Positions 40,006 through 50,835 of a stretch of 64,000 nt of DNA are shown piece by piece. This DNA is from Alphaproteobacteria bacterium (lineage in GTDB: Bacteria > Pseudomonadota > Alphaproteobacteria > UBA828). The notes below the pieces were generated by a model. It was not told the DNA's origin. It saw nothing but the letters and a program-made list of their open reading frames with translations, and did no database searches. The stretch spans positions 512,001-576,000 of the forward strand of contig CAXXVO010000004.1 in NCBI GenBank assembly GCA_963422645.2, in the 5' to 3' direction. Positions within the stretch are counted from its first letter, which is position 1, and every line of letters starts with the position of its first letter. Position numbers and translations under genes: made by a program.

Positions 40006-42072
40006 CTACACGCCGATGTCGATCTCAAAGTCGCCGTAACGGTTGACGGTGAGCCGCTGATCCTTCCAGACGACCAGGGTCGAGCCCTCGGTCTCGACGA
40101 CCGCGGTGCCGGCAATGCGGTTACCGGGCTCGAGCCTCTCGCCGTCGAAGGTCTCGACCGGCTCGAACCGCCCTTCGTCTGGCAGGTAGGCGAGGCGGGA
40201 TCCCTTCGCCGCCGCCGAGGGATCCGGCCCGGCCGCCGGCAGCTCCTCCGGCATCACCGCATCGACCCGCCCGACCGCCTCCACCCGGCAGGACACGAAC
40301 TCCGCCGGATATCCCTCCATGCGGTAGTGGTAGAGCGCATCGTGGGCGTCCTCGAAGGCGGAGACGACGGTCGCGAGATGGGCCGCCGCCAAGGTCTCTG
40401 CCGAGGGCACCGGCGTCTCGATCTCGTAGACCTGACCGGAGTAGCGGACATCGATGAAGCGGCTCAGCGTCATGTCCTCAGGCGCGATTCTCTCGCCCTC
40501 CAGCGTGCGCGTGAGCGCGCGCTCCATCTCGTCATAGAGGGCGGAAAGCCTGGCGAGATCCGCCGCCTCGGCGGTGGTGTTGAAGGAGCGCACCAGATTG
40601 TGCGTCACGTCGGCCCGCATCAGGCCCGAGGCGCAGAGCACGCCGGGCCAGCGCGGCACGATGACGCGAGAAATGCCGAGCCTGCTCGCGAGCGTGCCGG
40701 CCTGCAGCGGCCCGGCGCCGCCGCCCACCAGCAGCGTGTAGGGGCGCGGGTCGATGCCGCGCTCGACCGAGAGGAGCCGCATGGCGCCCGCGAGCCGGCT
40801 GTTCATGATCTCGACGATGCGCGCGGCGGCACCGGTAAGATCGAGCCCGAGAGGCTCGGCAATCCGCTCCTGAATGGCCCGGTCGGCCAGCGCCGGCTGG
40901 AGGGCGGTGCGCCCGCCCAGGAAATAGTCCGGGTTGATGTAGCCGAGATGCACGAACGCATCGGTGAGCGTGGGCTCCGTTCCGCCCCGCCCGTAGCAGG
41001 CGGGACCAGGATTGGCGCCCGCGCTCTGCGGGCCGACGCGGAGCGCACCGCCCCCGTCCAGCCAGGCGATCGATCCGCCGCCGGCGCCGATGGTGTGAAC
41101 ATCGACCGAGGGAATGGCGATCGGTTCGTTCTCGAGGCGCTTTCCCCTGGTGATCGGGATCGAGCGGCCCGGCAGCACGCACACATCGAAGCTGGTGCCG
41201 CCGGTGTCGATCGTCATGACGTCCCGGCTGTCGGTCAGCTCGCCGTAATAGACACCGGCGAGGGCGCCGCCGGCCGGGCCGCTCGCCACCAGGGGGAGCG
41301 GGTTTCTCAAGATGGCGTCGATTGTCGCGTGACCGCCGTTGCACTGCATCACCAGCGGCTCGCCCTTGAGGCCGAGCTCGCTCATGCGGTCACGGAAGCT
41401 CTCCAGATGCTCGCGGGTCTCCACCATGATCCCGGCGCTGAGCACAGTGCAGAAAGTGCGCTCCCACTCGCGGATCACGGGCAGAATGTCGACGCTCGCG
41501 ACCACCGGAATGTCCTCGCCCAGTTCCTCGCGCGCGATTTCCTGGGCCCGCCGCTCGTGCTCGGGGTTGAGGAACGACCAGAGGAAGGCGATGGCGACCG
41601 CCTCGACCCCCTCATCGCGCAGCTGCCCGGCCGCCTGGCGGACGTCCTCCTCCTCCAGCGGAACGATCACGTCGCCGGCCTGATCGATCCGCTCGCGTAC
41701 GGGCCGCCGGAGATGGCGGTCCAGCAGCGACCAGGGCGGCGGCGTGCGAAGGTTCCAGCGGTCGGGCTTGTTGCCCTCGCGGAACCACAGGATGTCGCGA
41801 TGCCCGTGGGTGCAGAGCAATCCGGTCTTCGGCAGGCGACGCTGCACGAAGATGTTGGTGGCGGTCGTGGAGCCGTACACGAAGCGGTCGCAGGCGCCGA
41901 GCATTGCGGCGAGATCGGTTTCTAACTTGCCGGCCAGCATCTCGAGGCCGTGGATCACGCCGTCGGTCGGGTCCTCAGTGGTCGGCACCTTGGCCGATCT
42001 GACCGCGCGCCCGTCGGAAGCGACGCAATCCGTGTGGGTTCCGCCGATGTCGATGGCGGCGACATAGGCCAT
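40006..42072 (-). CDS. Hydantoinase/oxoprolinase family protein, subunit A (ATP-dependent)
   Basis: IDIGGTHTD, SGPAGG, DTGGTSFDV, IGAGGGS, GPQSAGA.PGPACYGRGG. Confidence 0.93.
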   Translation of the reverse strand: MAYVAAIDIGGTHTDCVASDGRAVRSAKVPTTEDPTDGVIHGLEMLAGKLETDLAAMLGACDRFVYGSTTATNIFVQRRLPKTGLLCTHGHRDILWFREGNKPDRWNLRTPPPWSLLDRHLRRPVRERIDQAGDVIVPLEEEDVRQAAGQLRDEGVEAVAIAFLWSFLNPEHERRAQEIAREELGEDIPVVASVDILPVIREWERTFCTVLSAGIMVETREHLESFRDRMSELGLKGEPLVMQCNGGHATIDAILRNPLPLVASGPAGGALAGVYYGELTDSRDVMTIDTGGTSFDVCVLPGRSIPITRGKRLENEPIAIPSVDVHTIGAGGGSIAWLDGGGALRVGPQSAGANPGPACYGRGGTEPTLTDAFVHLGYINPDYFLGGRTALQPALADRAIQERIAEPLGLDLTGAAARIVEIMNSRLAGAMRLLSVERGIDPRPYTLLVGGGAGPLQAGTLASRLGISRVIVPRWPGVLCASGLMRADVTHNLVRSFNTTAEAADLARLSALYDEMERALTRTLEGERIAPEDMTLSRFIDVRYSGQVYEIETPVPSAETLAAAHLATVVSAFEDAHDALYHYRMEGYPAEFVSCRVEAVGRVDAVMPEELPAAGPDPSAAAKGSRLAYLPDEGRFEPVETFDGERLEPGNRIAGTAVVETEGSTLVVWKDQRLTVNRYGDFEIDIGV

Positions 42073-42126
42073 GGACGACTCCTGGTTCGTCGTGTGTGGC
42101 GGCGCGGGTCTAGTGGTGTGGATTCG

Positions 42127-44061
42127 CTAACGGCCGTAGAGGTCGGGCGAGGAATCCTCGGCGGGATCGCGGTCGAGATCGGTGAACGTGTCGCCGTTGG
42201 TCATCAGGCTCTGGCGCAGCGTAGAGGTGCCCGGCTCCATCGGCGAGTTGAGCGGCGCCGTGCCGCGTTCGGCCTTGCGCCCGGCGCGGCGCGCCGCCGT
42301 CGCCGCCTCGTCCACAGCCAGGGTCTCGGCATCGAGCACCACCCCATAATCGCGCCGCGCGGCCTCGATACTCACGACCTCGTCGCGCACGTCCGCTGCG
42401 ACGGCGGCAGGGTCGCGGTCGTAAGGGTCGCCATAGCCGCCGCCGCCGCTCGCGATCACGACATACTCCCAGCCCTTCGGCAGCTGGAACTTACCGAGGC
42501 CGGAATAAAAGTGCCGCTCGTCGGGCTTCGCCGGATCGAATGCGTAGATGGTGCCGCCGATGCCGCCGGCGCCGCCCACGGTCCCGTGGCTCAGATTGTT
42601 GTGCCCCCAGCACGCGGTGTAGACATCCATCGCGCTGGAGCCGTGCCCGGTGACGTGGGTTGTCACGCCGGGCCCGCCGCGCCACTCGCCCGCGCCCTGG
42701 GAATCGGTTTTGATCTCCTGCTCCTTGACCAGGACCGGATAGAGCCACTCTTCCATCTCGGTGCTCATGAAGGTCATGGCGCCAGCGACGCCCATCTCCA
42801 TCATGCAGGGGCTGCCGTCGACGCCGTTGGCCGCGCCGCCGCCGCCGCATTCGTTGAAGTTCGCATAGGCCCAGAGCCTGTTGTCGCCGCCGCGTTCGTC
42901 GACGCCGATATAGGTGCTCCACTGAATTAGCGTGCTGCCGGCGGCCACCATCTCCGGAGTCGCCCCAGCGGCGGCACGAAAGAGCGCGCGATAGACAACC
43001 TCGGCCGCGCCCGTGGTGGAGTGCTGGGTCGAGAAGGGCGCCGTCGCGCTGCAGATCGTGCCTTCGGGGCAGATGATCTCGACGTGACGGTGAAAGCCCT
43101 CGTTCTTCGGAATGCTCGGATCGACGCAGAAGGCAAGCGTGCCGACCACGGCGGCCTCCGTGGCACCATGGAGCGAGGCGTTGAGGGTGCCGATCATCTG
43201 CGGCGGACACTCCGAGAGGTCGACGATCCACATGTCGTCTTCGACGGTCAGCTTGGTGCGCACCGGCACGTTCTTGGTGCCATAGCCGTTGCTGTCCATC
43301 CAGTCTTCGCCGTAGTAGGTGCCCGGCCTCATCGTGCGGATATCGGCGCCGACGCGGCGCGAGGTGTAGTCGAGCAGCGCGGCGGTATAGCGCCGGACGG
43401 TCTCCGGCCCATAGCGCTCGATCAGGGACGTAAGCTGCTCCTTTCCGCGCCAGGTGCAGGCCACGTGCGCCATCAGGTCGCCGTGGCTGTTAGTGCGCGC
43501 GCGCAGGTTGCCGAGATAGAGCTCCAGCACGTCTTTGCGCAGCTTGCCGCGCTCGAACAGCTTGATCGGCGGGATCTTGAGCCCCTCGCTGTAGAGGTCC
43601 TTCGAATAGGGGTAGGTGGGCACGTAGGCCGGCGTGCCCATGTCCGCCAGATGGCCGCGCGCCATCGACCAGAACATCAGCTCGCCTTCGTGGAACACCG
43701 GGCTCGCCAGCAGCGGCTCGCCCATATGGGTGTTGCCGAGGTAGGCGAGGTTGCACATCAGCACGTCGCCGTCCTCGATCTCGCCTTCGAAGAACTCGGC
43801 GGTGCTCTTCATGATCCGCTGCATGGTCATGGCCTGGACCGGCAGCGCCGTATCCGGCACCGAGACCAGATTGCAGGCGTCGTCGGCGATGCCGACGGAG
43901 AAGTCGCGGCAGAGATTGATGATCGACGTCCAGGCCGAGCGCTCGAGCGTGATCATCATCTCGCGCCCGATATTCTCGTACATGCCCATGATGACGCTGA
44001 AGGTCCCGGGATCAATTTCGCCGGGAGCCTCCCACGCCTCGACCTCGGCTAGGTTGGCCAT
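42127..44061 (-). CDS. Hydantoinase B/oxoprolinase family protein
   Basis: DFS, GNTH, GHLADMG, EGL.IPPIKL, DS.GAG.WRGG.G, SGGGGYGDP. Confidence 0.92.
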   Translation of the reverse strand: MANLAEVEAWEAPGEIDPGTFSVIMGMYENIGREMMITLERSAWTSIINLCRDFSVGIADDACNLVSVPDTALPVQAMTMQRIMKSTAEFFEGEIEDGDVLMCNLAYLGNTHMGEPLLASPVFHEGELMFWSMARGHLADMGTPAYVPTYPYSKDLYSEGLKIPPIKLFERGKLRKDVLELYLGNLRARTNSHGDLMAHVACTWRGKEQLTSLIERYGPETVRRYTAALLDYTSRRVGADIRTMRPGTYYGEDWMDSNGYGTKNVPVRTKLTVEDDMWIVDLSECPPQMIGTLNASLHGATEAAVVGTLAFCVDPSIPKNEGFHRHVEIICPEGTICSATAPFSTQHSTTGAAEVVYRALFRAAAGATPEMVAAGSTLIQWSTYIGVDERGGDNRLWAYANFNECGGGGAANGVDGSPCMMEMGVAGAMTFMSTEMEEWLYPVLVKEQEIKTDSQGAGEWRGGPGVTTHVTGHGSSAMDVYTACWGHNNLSHGTVGGAGGIGGTIYAFDPAKPDERHFYSGLGKFQLPKGWEYVVIASGGGGYGDPYDRDPAAVAADVRDEVVSIEAARRDYGVVLDAETLAVDEAATAARRAGRKAERGTAPLNSPMEPGTSTLRQSLMTNGDTFTDLDRDPAEDSSPDLYGR

Positions 44062-44281
44062 CGTCTGCTCCCTCTCGCAAGGCACGGCCGCGCGGGCCGC
44101 AGCGCCAGATTAGCACGAGAGGCCCGGCGCGGAAGGGGCCGCATCGCTTCGACACGTTGCGGGCGGGGTTGGGGCCGCACGCATCATCGCCCCCACTCTT
44201 GCGCCCAGCCTTGTCAAGCGGTGCCCGAAGTCCTTAGCATTGCCGGACACAGAGAAAGCTTAGACAGGGGAGGCTCACAAG

Positions 44282-45457
44282 ATGCGGCGATTCCTCATGG
44301 CGGCGGCGGCGGTGCTCGCGATTTCATTCACTGGCGCGGCGGCGCAGGCCGAAGACACCCTCAAGATCGGGCTCCAGTCTGCGATGACAGGATGGGGCGC
44401 CGCATGGGGGCAACCCTTCCGAGCAACCTCGGAGATGTACGTCGACGAGGTCAACGCCCAGGGCGGGCTGGAGGTCGGTGGCAAGACGTACATGATCGAG
44501 CTCTTCGTCGACGACCACAAGGCGGACACCAAGCTCGCCAAGGCCGGCCTGGAGCGCTTCATCCATCAGGAAGGCATCAGTATTCTGATGATCCACTTCG
44601 ATAATGGTCCAGACGCCTGGCTCGGCATGCCGGACGACGTGCGGGCAGGACTCGTTCACGTCTCGCCGGTGTGGCGGCCGGACGTGTTCTCGCCGCCACA
44701 CAACGGCTTCGGCACGCTCAATCTGCCGCCGAATTTCGCGCCGGTCCTGTTCGGGCGGGTTCTCTCCGACCACCCGGACCTCAAGACGGTCGTCGAGCTC
44801 TCCCCGCGCGGACAGTTCCCGGAGATGGCTGTGGCGAACGACAAGATCGCGGTGGAGTCCCTCGGTCTCGAGTGGCTCGGCGTCGAGTACTTCGACCCCG
44901 ACCTTGCGGACCCGCTGCCGATCGTGACCAAGGTGCTGGCGCAGAACCCCGACATGCTCAACCTGGGTTGCGTGGGCCAGACCGGGCCGCAACTCCTGAA
45001 GCTTGCCCGCCAGCTCGGTTATGAGGGCGTGATGAGTTGCAGCTGCGAGGACGATATCAACCTCTACCTCAATCACGCCGGCCCCGCGGCCGCCGAGGGC
45101 TTCTATATCATAGGCTCCCACGGCTTCCCCGAGGGCCCGGAGCTCATGGCGTTCCGCGAGAAATACACGGAGCGGGAAGGCGAATGGACCGCCGTTGCGC
45201 TCGCCTTCTACCAGGGGATCAGGGTGCTTCTCGGCGGCATCCAGAAGGCCGGAACGATCGATGACATTCCCGCAATCGTGAAGGGTATCCAGGAGACCAC
45301 AGTGGTCCAGGAGCTGCTGCCCGGCAAGCCGGTCATCACCTGGGGTGGCGCCAAGACGTGGGGCCAGCCGCACCAGATGCAGGTGCCCGTCGTGCTCAAT
45401 ACGATCAAGGACGGGAAGGCGACCACCGTCGACGTGGTGCCGCCGACGGTGCCCTGA
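44282..45457 (+). CDS. Branched-chain amino acid-type ABC substrate-binding protein
   Basis: Signal peptide, LKIG..SAMTG.GA.WG, VN..GG, DD..D. Confidence 0.85.
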   Translation: MRRFLMAAAAVLAISFTGAAAQAEDTLKIGLQSAMTGWGAAWGQPFRATSEMYVDEVNAQGGLEVGGKTYMIELFVDDHKADTKLAKAGLERFIHQEGISILMIHFDNGPDAWLGMPDDVRAGLVHVSPVWRPDVFSPPHNGFGTLNLPPNFAPVLFGRVLSDHPDLKTVVELSPRGQFPEMAVANDKIAVESLGLEWLGVEYFDPDLADPLPIVTKVLAQNPDMLNLGCVGQTGPQLLKLARQLGYEGVMSCSCEDDINLYLNHAGPAAAEGFYIIGSHGFPEGPELMAFREKYTEREGEWTAVALAFYQGIRVLLGGIQKAGTIDDIPAIVKGIQETTVVQELLPGKPVITWGGAKTWGQPHQMQVPVVLNTIKDGKATTVDVVPPTVP

Positions 45458-45555
45458 GCCGCAGGCGTGTGAGGGCGGACCGGTACGGGGGCGGATAAGG
45501 CATTCGCCCCCGGCCGGCCCACGCCCGCCAGTACCCGGGACGGATACCGTCGGTC

Positions 45556-46284
45556 ATGCTGCTCGAGGTCAAGGATCTGTGGGTTCATCATGGGCGGGCG
45601 CCGGCGCTCAAGGGTGTTACCCTCGCTGTGCCAGAGGGCAGCCTCGTGGCGCTGGTCGGGCCCAACGGGGCCGGCAAGTCCACCCTCGTGCGCACGATCT
45701 CCGGCCTCAAGCGGGCCAGCGCCGGCGAAATCCTGTTCGACGGCAAGTGCATCGACCGCGTGCCCGCCCACAAGATCGTCGGCCTGGGAATCGCGCACGT
45801 ACCGGAGGGGCGGCGCGTCTTCCCGGACATGACCGTGTTCGAGAATCTGCGGATGGGCGCCTATCGAAGGCTCCGCCGGGGCAAGTTGACGCTCCGGGAT
45901 TCCGCTTTCGACGACGACCTCGCCCTGACCTACGAGCACTTCCCGCGGCTCGAGGAGCGTTCTCGCCAGCGCGCTGGCAGCCTCAGCGGCGGCGAGCAGC
46001 AGATGCTGGCGATCGGGCGGGCACTCATGGCCCGCCCCCGCCTTCTCCTGCTGGATGAGCCCTCGATCGGCCTCGCCCCCAGGATGGTTCAGGAGATCGC
46101 CCAGGTCATCGCGGCGATCACGCGGCGCTGGCGTGTCGGCATCCTGCTCATCGAGCAGAATGCGCGCATGGCCTTCCGTATCGCACAGCACGCATACGTC
46201 CTCGAAACCGGGCAGGTGGTGATTGCCGGCGCGACCGACGCGCTGGCCCGGAACGAGGAAGTCAAGCGCGTGTACCTGGGCTAG
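45556..46284 (+). CDS. livF: Liv-type ABC ATP-binding protein (LivF)
   Basis: GPNGAGKS, VPEGRRVF, LSGGEQQM, LDEPS.GLAP, EQN. Confidence 0.9.
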   Translation: MLLEVKDLWVHHGRAPALKGVTLAVPEGSLVALVGPNGAGKSTLVRTISGLKRASAGEILFDGKCIDRVPAHKIVGLGIAHVPEGRRVFPDMTVFENLRMGAYRRLRRGKLTLRDSAFDDDLALTYEHFPRLEERSRQRAGSLSGGEQQMLAIGRALMARPRLLLLDEPSIGLAPRMVQEIAQVIAAITRRWRVGILLIEQNARMAFRIAQHAYVLETGQVVIAGATDALARNEEVKRVYLG

Positions 46285-46316
46285 CGCGGCGCTCCGCACC
46301 AGCCGCCGCTCAGGCC

Positions 46317-47087
46317 ATGGCACTCCTCGAACTCACGGGAATCGGCAAGAACTTCGGCGGCCTTGCAGCGCTCGGCGGCGTCGACCTCACCGTCGAGCCG
46401 GGCGAGATTCTCGGCCTGATCGGGCCCAACGGTGCCGGCAAGACCACGCTCTTCAACGTCATCAGCGGTGTCCTGCCGCCGAGCACCGGGCGCATCGTCT
46501 ATGACGGCACCGACATCACGCGATGGTCCCTGCACCGCATCGCACGGCACGGCCTGGTGCGCACCTTCCAGCAGACCGAGCTCTTCATGGAAATGACGGT
46601 GCTCGAGAACGTCCGGGTGAGCGCGCGCGCCCACAGCGGTCTCAGCTTCCGACGCATGAGTGGCCGCGAGGCAGCGGGGCGGATGTCAGTGCACGAGATC
46701 ATCGAGCTCTTGGGCCTGAGCGATCTCACCGATGAACGTGCCGAGAACCTGCCGCACGGCCACCGCCGGGCGCTCGGCATTGCGCTCGCGTTGGCAGCCG
46801 CGCCGTCGCTTCTCCTGCTCGACGAGCCGCTGACCGGCATGGACGCCGGCGAAACGGAGGCGATGGTCTCGACCATCGAGCGGATTCGCGTGCAGGCCAC
46901 GGCCGTCATGCTGGTCGAGCACAACATGCGCGCCGTCATGCGCTGCTGCGACCGTATCGCGGTTCTCGATTTCGGCAAGCTGATCGCCGAAGGGCCGCCG
47001 CAGCGGATACAGAACGATCCTCGCGTCATCGACGCCTACCTCGGCGCCGACGAGGAAATCCATGGCATCGACCGTGCGCCGGCCTGA
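46317..47087 (+). CDS. livG: Liv-type ABC ATP-binding protein (LivG)
   Basis: FGGL.A, GPNGAGKTT, RTFQ, VEHNM, VIDAYLG. Confidence 0.9.
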   Translation: MALLELTGIGKNFGGLAALGGVDLTVEPGEILGLIGPNGAGKTTLFNVISGVLPPSTGRIVYDGTDITRWSLHRIARHGLVRTFQQTELFMEMTVLENVRVSARAHSGLSFRRMSGREAAGRMSVHEIIELLGLSDLTDERAENLPHGHRRALGIALALAAAPSLLLLDEPLTGMDAGETEAMVSTIERIRVQATAVMLVEHNMRAVMRCCDRIAVLDFGKLIAEGPPQRIQNDPRVIDAYLGADEEIHGIDRAPA

Positions 47088-47147
47088 GCGGCCGGGCCGG
47101 CCTAGCGCAGCCGGCGCCGGGCGCCGGCAGCCGAGAGTCGTCCGCCC

Positions 47148-48008
47148 ATGACGGCCATGCTCTACGGCCAGAGTGCGGTCAACGCGCTCATGCTGGGCGC
47201 CACTTACGCACTCATCGCCGTCGGGCTCAGTCTGGTCTTCAGCATCATGCGAGTGATCCAGTTCGCCCACGGCCATCTCTACATGCTGGGCGCCTACTGC
47301 GTGTTCTATTTGGCGACCGAATTCGGCGTGAACTACTTCGCCGCGCTCTTCATCGCGGCCATTGCCGTGGGTGTGCTCGGCATGGTTCTCGACCGAGTCT
47401 TTCTGCGGCCGCTGCGCGGGCAGGACCTGCCGAGCATGATCGTCACGCTCGGCCTTCTCCTCCTCATCGAAGGCAGTGCGCTTCTCGCGTTCGGCGAGCG
47501 CGACAAGCGCTTCCACAGCCCGGTGGACGGCGCCGTCTGGTTTTTCGACACCATCGTCATTCCCAGCGAGCGGCTGATGATCTTGGGCGTCGCAGCACCT
47601 CTCATCGCGCTCCTCTTCCTCTTCGTCTGGCGGAGCAAGGAGGGCCAGGCAATGCGCGCCGTCGCACAGGACCGGGAGGCGGCGATGCTGCAGGGCATCA
47701 ACGTCGACTGGATCAGCGCGCTCGGCATGTTCATCGGCAGCGCGCTGGCGGCGGCGGCCGCGGGCCTCCTGCTGCCGATCCAGGTGCTGACGCCCGCCGT
47801 TGGCGGCCCCGTCGTCATCAAGGCCTTCATGGTGGTGATCCTGGGCGGTCTCGGCAGCATACCGGGGGCCGTGGTGGGCTCCCTCGCCTTCGGCGCGCTG
47901 GAAAGCTTCGGCACCACCTTCTTCGGCGGATACTCGTCGCTGGCCGCGTTCAGCGCGGTGATGCTGATTCTGATCTTCCGGCCGAGCGGGTTGCTGGGCC
48001 GTGCTTAG
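47148..48008 (+). CDS. livH: Liv-type ABC permease (LivH)
   Basis: YALIAVGLSL, FAHG, G..MRAV, LGGLGSIPG, RPSGLLG. Confidence 0.9.
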   Translation: MTAMLYGQSAVNALMLGATYALIAVGLSLVFSIMRVIQFAHGHLYMLGAYCVFYLATEFGVNYFAALFIAAIAVGVLGMVLDRVFLRPLRGQDLPSMIVTLGLLLLIEGSALLAFGERDKRFHSPVDGAVWFFDTIVIPSERLMILGVAAPLIALLFLFVWRSKEGQAMRAVAQDREAAMLQGINVDWISALGMFIGSALAAAAAGLLLPIQVLTPAVGGPVVIKAFMVVILGGLGSIPGAVVGSLAFGALESFGTTFFGGYSSLAAFSAVMLILIFRPSGLLGRA

Positions 48009-49026
48009 GCTCGGTGCAATCGTCGCGCTGATCGCGCTGACCGGGTTGATCCCGGTGATCACTCAACACCCCTACTACCTGCACGTCGCCATCACCATCG
48101 CGGTGTTCACGATCGTCTCGCTCGGTGTCCGGCTGCTCCTGATGATCGGCCAGTGGACCTTTGGCCAGGCGGCGTTCATGACCATCGGTTCTTACGCCTC
48201 GGCCATGCTGGCGGGCCATCTGGGCTGGTCGTTCTGGGCGGCGATGCCCATGGCCGGGCTGATCGCTGCGGCTGCAGCGGCGCTTTTCGGCTATCCGGCG
48301 CTTCGGCTTACCGGCGCCTACTTCGCGATGGTAACGCTTATTCTCAACATCGTGATCCGGCAGATCATCCTGGTGACGCCGGACTTCACCGGCGGCAGCA
48401 TGGGGGTCAGGCTCGAGATTCATCCACCCGACCCGATCGCGCTGCCCTTCGGCGGCGGGGTGATCGCGTTCTCGGACAAGGTGTCCTACTACTACCTGAT
48501 CTGGCTGCTCGGGCTTGCCGCCGTCGGAATTGCCTATTGGATCGACCGCTCGCCCATGGGCGCGGTCCTGCGCGCGGTCCGCCAAAGCGAGATTCTGGCG
48601 CGGAGCGTCGGCATAGACAGCGCCATCTACAAGCTGCTCGCCTTCGTCATCGCCTGCTTCTTCGCCGGGATCGCGGGCAGTTTCTATGCGCATTACCTGA
48701 TTCTGGCCCATCCCGATGCGTTCTCGCTCTGGGACTCGATCTACGCAGTCGCCTATGTGGTGATCGGTGGCACGAGCACCGTGCTCGGCCCGATATTGGG
48801 AACCGTTCTGCTGATCGGCGGTTTCGAGCTGCTGCGCGAGGCGTCCGCATACCAGACCGTGGGCTATGCGCTCATTCTGCTCCTGGTCACGCGCTTCCTC
48901 CCCGGCGGGCTGATCAGTCTCGGACCGATGTCGGCTGACTTCCTGACCCGCCCCCGGCGCGGGGCGCGGGATCAGGAGAACGAGGCGAGCATGCGGCCCT
49001 GGTTTCGTTCATACCTGCGCCGCTGA
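48001..49026 (+). CDS. livM: Liv-type ABC permease (LivM)
   Basis: GQ..FGQAAF, LRLTGAYFAMVTL, TGG..G, PGGL. Confidence 0.9.
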   Translation: MLRLGAIVALIALTGLIPVITQHPYYLHVAITIAVFTIVSLGVRLLLMIGQWTFGQAAFMTIGSYASAMLAGHLGWSFWAAMPMAGLIAAAAAALFGYPALRLTGAYFAMVTLILNIVIRQIILVTPDFTGGSMGVRLEIHPPDPIALPFGGGVIAFSDKVSYYYLIWLLGLAAVGIAYWIDRSPMGAVLRAVRQSEILARSVGIDSAIYKLLAFVIACFFAGIAGSFYAHYLILAHPDAFSLWDSIYAVAYVVIGGTSTVLGPILGTVLLIGGFELLREASAYQTVGYALILLLVTRFLPGGLISLGPMSADFLTRPRRGARDQENEASMRPWFRSYLRR

Positions 49027-49252
49027 CGACCCGCGCATCGCCCGTCGGCGTGCGGGCATGGCTCCCACCGGCGCCTCGCCCATGTTGCGGGTACTGAGCC
49101 CCATCCGCTTCGAGGAGAGACAGCCCCGCAAGCCGGTCAATTCGGCCGCCCAAATCTGTCCGATCTCGGGGACCCAGTCCACACATGACTACTTGCGTCG
49201 CCAATATTGAAGGCCGATTGACACCAAGCATCGGAACTGATCGTATGGCTCA

Positions 49253-50437
49253 ATGTCTACGAGTTTTGATGTTGTCGTGGTCGGCGGTGGCCTGGTCGGC
49301 GCGTCGACGGCTTTTCATCTCGCAGAATTGAGTAACCGGACGGTCGCGCTGGTGGAGCGTGGCCAGATTTGCAGTGGTGGCACGGCGAGTTCCTGCGCCA
49401 TCGTGCGCACCCATTACTCTGTGCCGAGCAACGTCGCGCTCACTGTCCAGAGTCTCAAGATTTTCGACGACTTCCCAACCTATCTGGACGACCCGGAAGC
49501 CGAGAGTGGCTTCGTTCGGTCCGGTTATCTCATCCTGGCGGACGAAGGGACGACGAGCGACAAGCTCATCGTGAATATGCGGATGCAGGGGGCGTTCGCG
49601 GAAACCCGCGCCGTTTCGCACAGGGAAGCTCTGGAACTCCACCCGCTGCTTGACCTGACAGGCATCGACGCGGTCGGCTACGAGCCGCACTCCGGCTACG
49701 CCGATCCCTATCTCACCACAAGCGGTTTCGAGCGGGCCGCGCGCCGACGCGGCGTGACCGTGATGGTCGACCGGCAGGTCGAAGGGCTTCGCACGGACGG
49801 GATGCGGGTAACCGGCGTCGAGACGAAGCAGGGTGTGATCCATGCCGGATCCGTCGTTTGCGCGATCGGCCCATGGACGCGCATGCTCACCGACCCCCTT
49901 GGTATCGAGACCCACCTAGAGGTCTCTCGCCACACGGTTCTCACATTGCGCACCGACGACACCTACGGTCGTCTGCTGCCGGTGATCAAGGACCTTTCGA
50001 CCGAGAACAAGATGTACTTCCGCCCGTCCACCGGCGGCGTGGTGCTTGTCGGCACCGGCGACTACGGCGATCCGAATGTCGATCCGGACGCCATGAGCGA
50101 AGCGCTCGACGAAGACTTCGTCTTGCTCCAAGGCGGTCAGATCGCTCGGCGCATGCCGAGTTTCGCCGATGCTGCACTCGCTGACAGCTGGGTGGGCGCA
50201 TACGATATCACACCGGACTGGAACCCGGTTCTCGGCGCGCCCGCGGGTTGGGAGCAGCTCGTACTCGCCTACGGCTTCTCCGGCCATGGGTTCAAGCTGG
50301 CCCCGGCGGTTGGCAAGGTACTCGCTCAAACCGTGCTTGGAGAGACGCCGGATGTCGACATCGCCGCCTACCACCACGGGCGCTTTGAAGACGGCACCCT
50401 ACTCACGGGAACCTACGGGATCGGATCGATTTCCTAA
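49253..50437 (+). CDS. FAD-dependent DAO-family oxidoreductase (sarcosine oxidase beta-like)
   Basis: VVGGGLVG, TPDWNP, GFSGHGFKLAPAVG. Confidence 0.9.
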   Translation: MSTSFDVVVVGGGLVGASTAFHLAELSNRTVALVERGQICSGGTASSCAIVRTHYSVPSNVALTVQSLKIFDDFPTYLDDPEAESGFVRSGYLILADEGTTSDKLIVNMRMQGAFAETRAVSHREALELHPLLDLTGIDAVGYEPHSGYADPYLTTSGFERAARRRGVTVMVDRQVEGLRTDGMRVTGVETKQGVIHAGSVVCAIGPWTRMLTDPLGIETHLEVSRHTVLTLRTDDTYGRLLPVIKDLSTENKMYFRPSTGGVVLVGTGDYGDPNVDPDAMSEALDEDFVLLQGGQIARRMPSFADAALADSWVGAYDITPDWNPVLGAPAGWEQLVLAYGFSGHGFKLAPAVGKVLAQTVLGETPDVDIAAYHHGRFEDGTLLTGTYGIGSIS

Positions 50438-50590
50438 CCCTGTGCGCTTTGGCACTTCGGAATACCGAGTGCACCCGACAAAACAGTCATGGTCCCCGCG
50501 GTTCTGAGCCACCCCGTGGCATGAAACAGGAGCGGTTCGGCTGACGTTTTCCTTGCGCTTGCACCCATTTGCCGTGTCAGGATGGGTATT

Positions 50591-50773
50591 GGCGGAGGTG
50601 GGGACGTGTGAGCGTCGTTATATCGGTGACGTAGTTCCCGATGACAAAACTGCTTCCGGCGGCCGGCTCCGCACCCCGTATTGTACCCGGCCCGTGGCCG
50701 TGGACGCGCGGCAAATTGCACCGCACCCGCTCGTCGGATGCGTGTTCTTCCGACCGCTGTCCCCGCCTCCACC
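50591..50773 (+). ncRNA. Candidate IS110 bridge RNA in the left non-coding end
   Basis: About 310-bp non-coding end; GGCGGAGGTGGGGAC (50591-50605) can pair with GTCCCCGCCTCCACC (50759-50773) around several internal hairpins. Confidence 0.45.
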
Positions 50774-50835
50774 GTGGCGATGCCACGGCGTGATCGTACG
50801 CCGCCGTGGCGAGAGCGCAAATGAGGAGGAAGGCG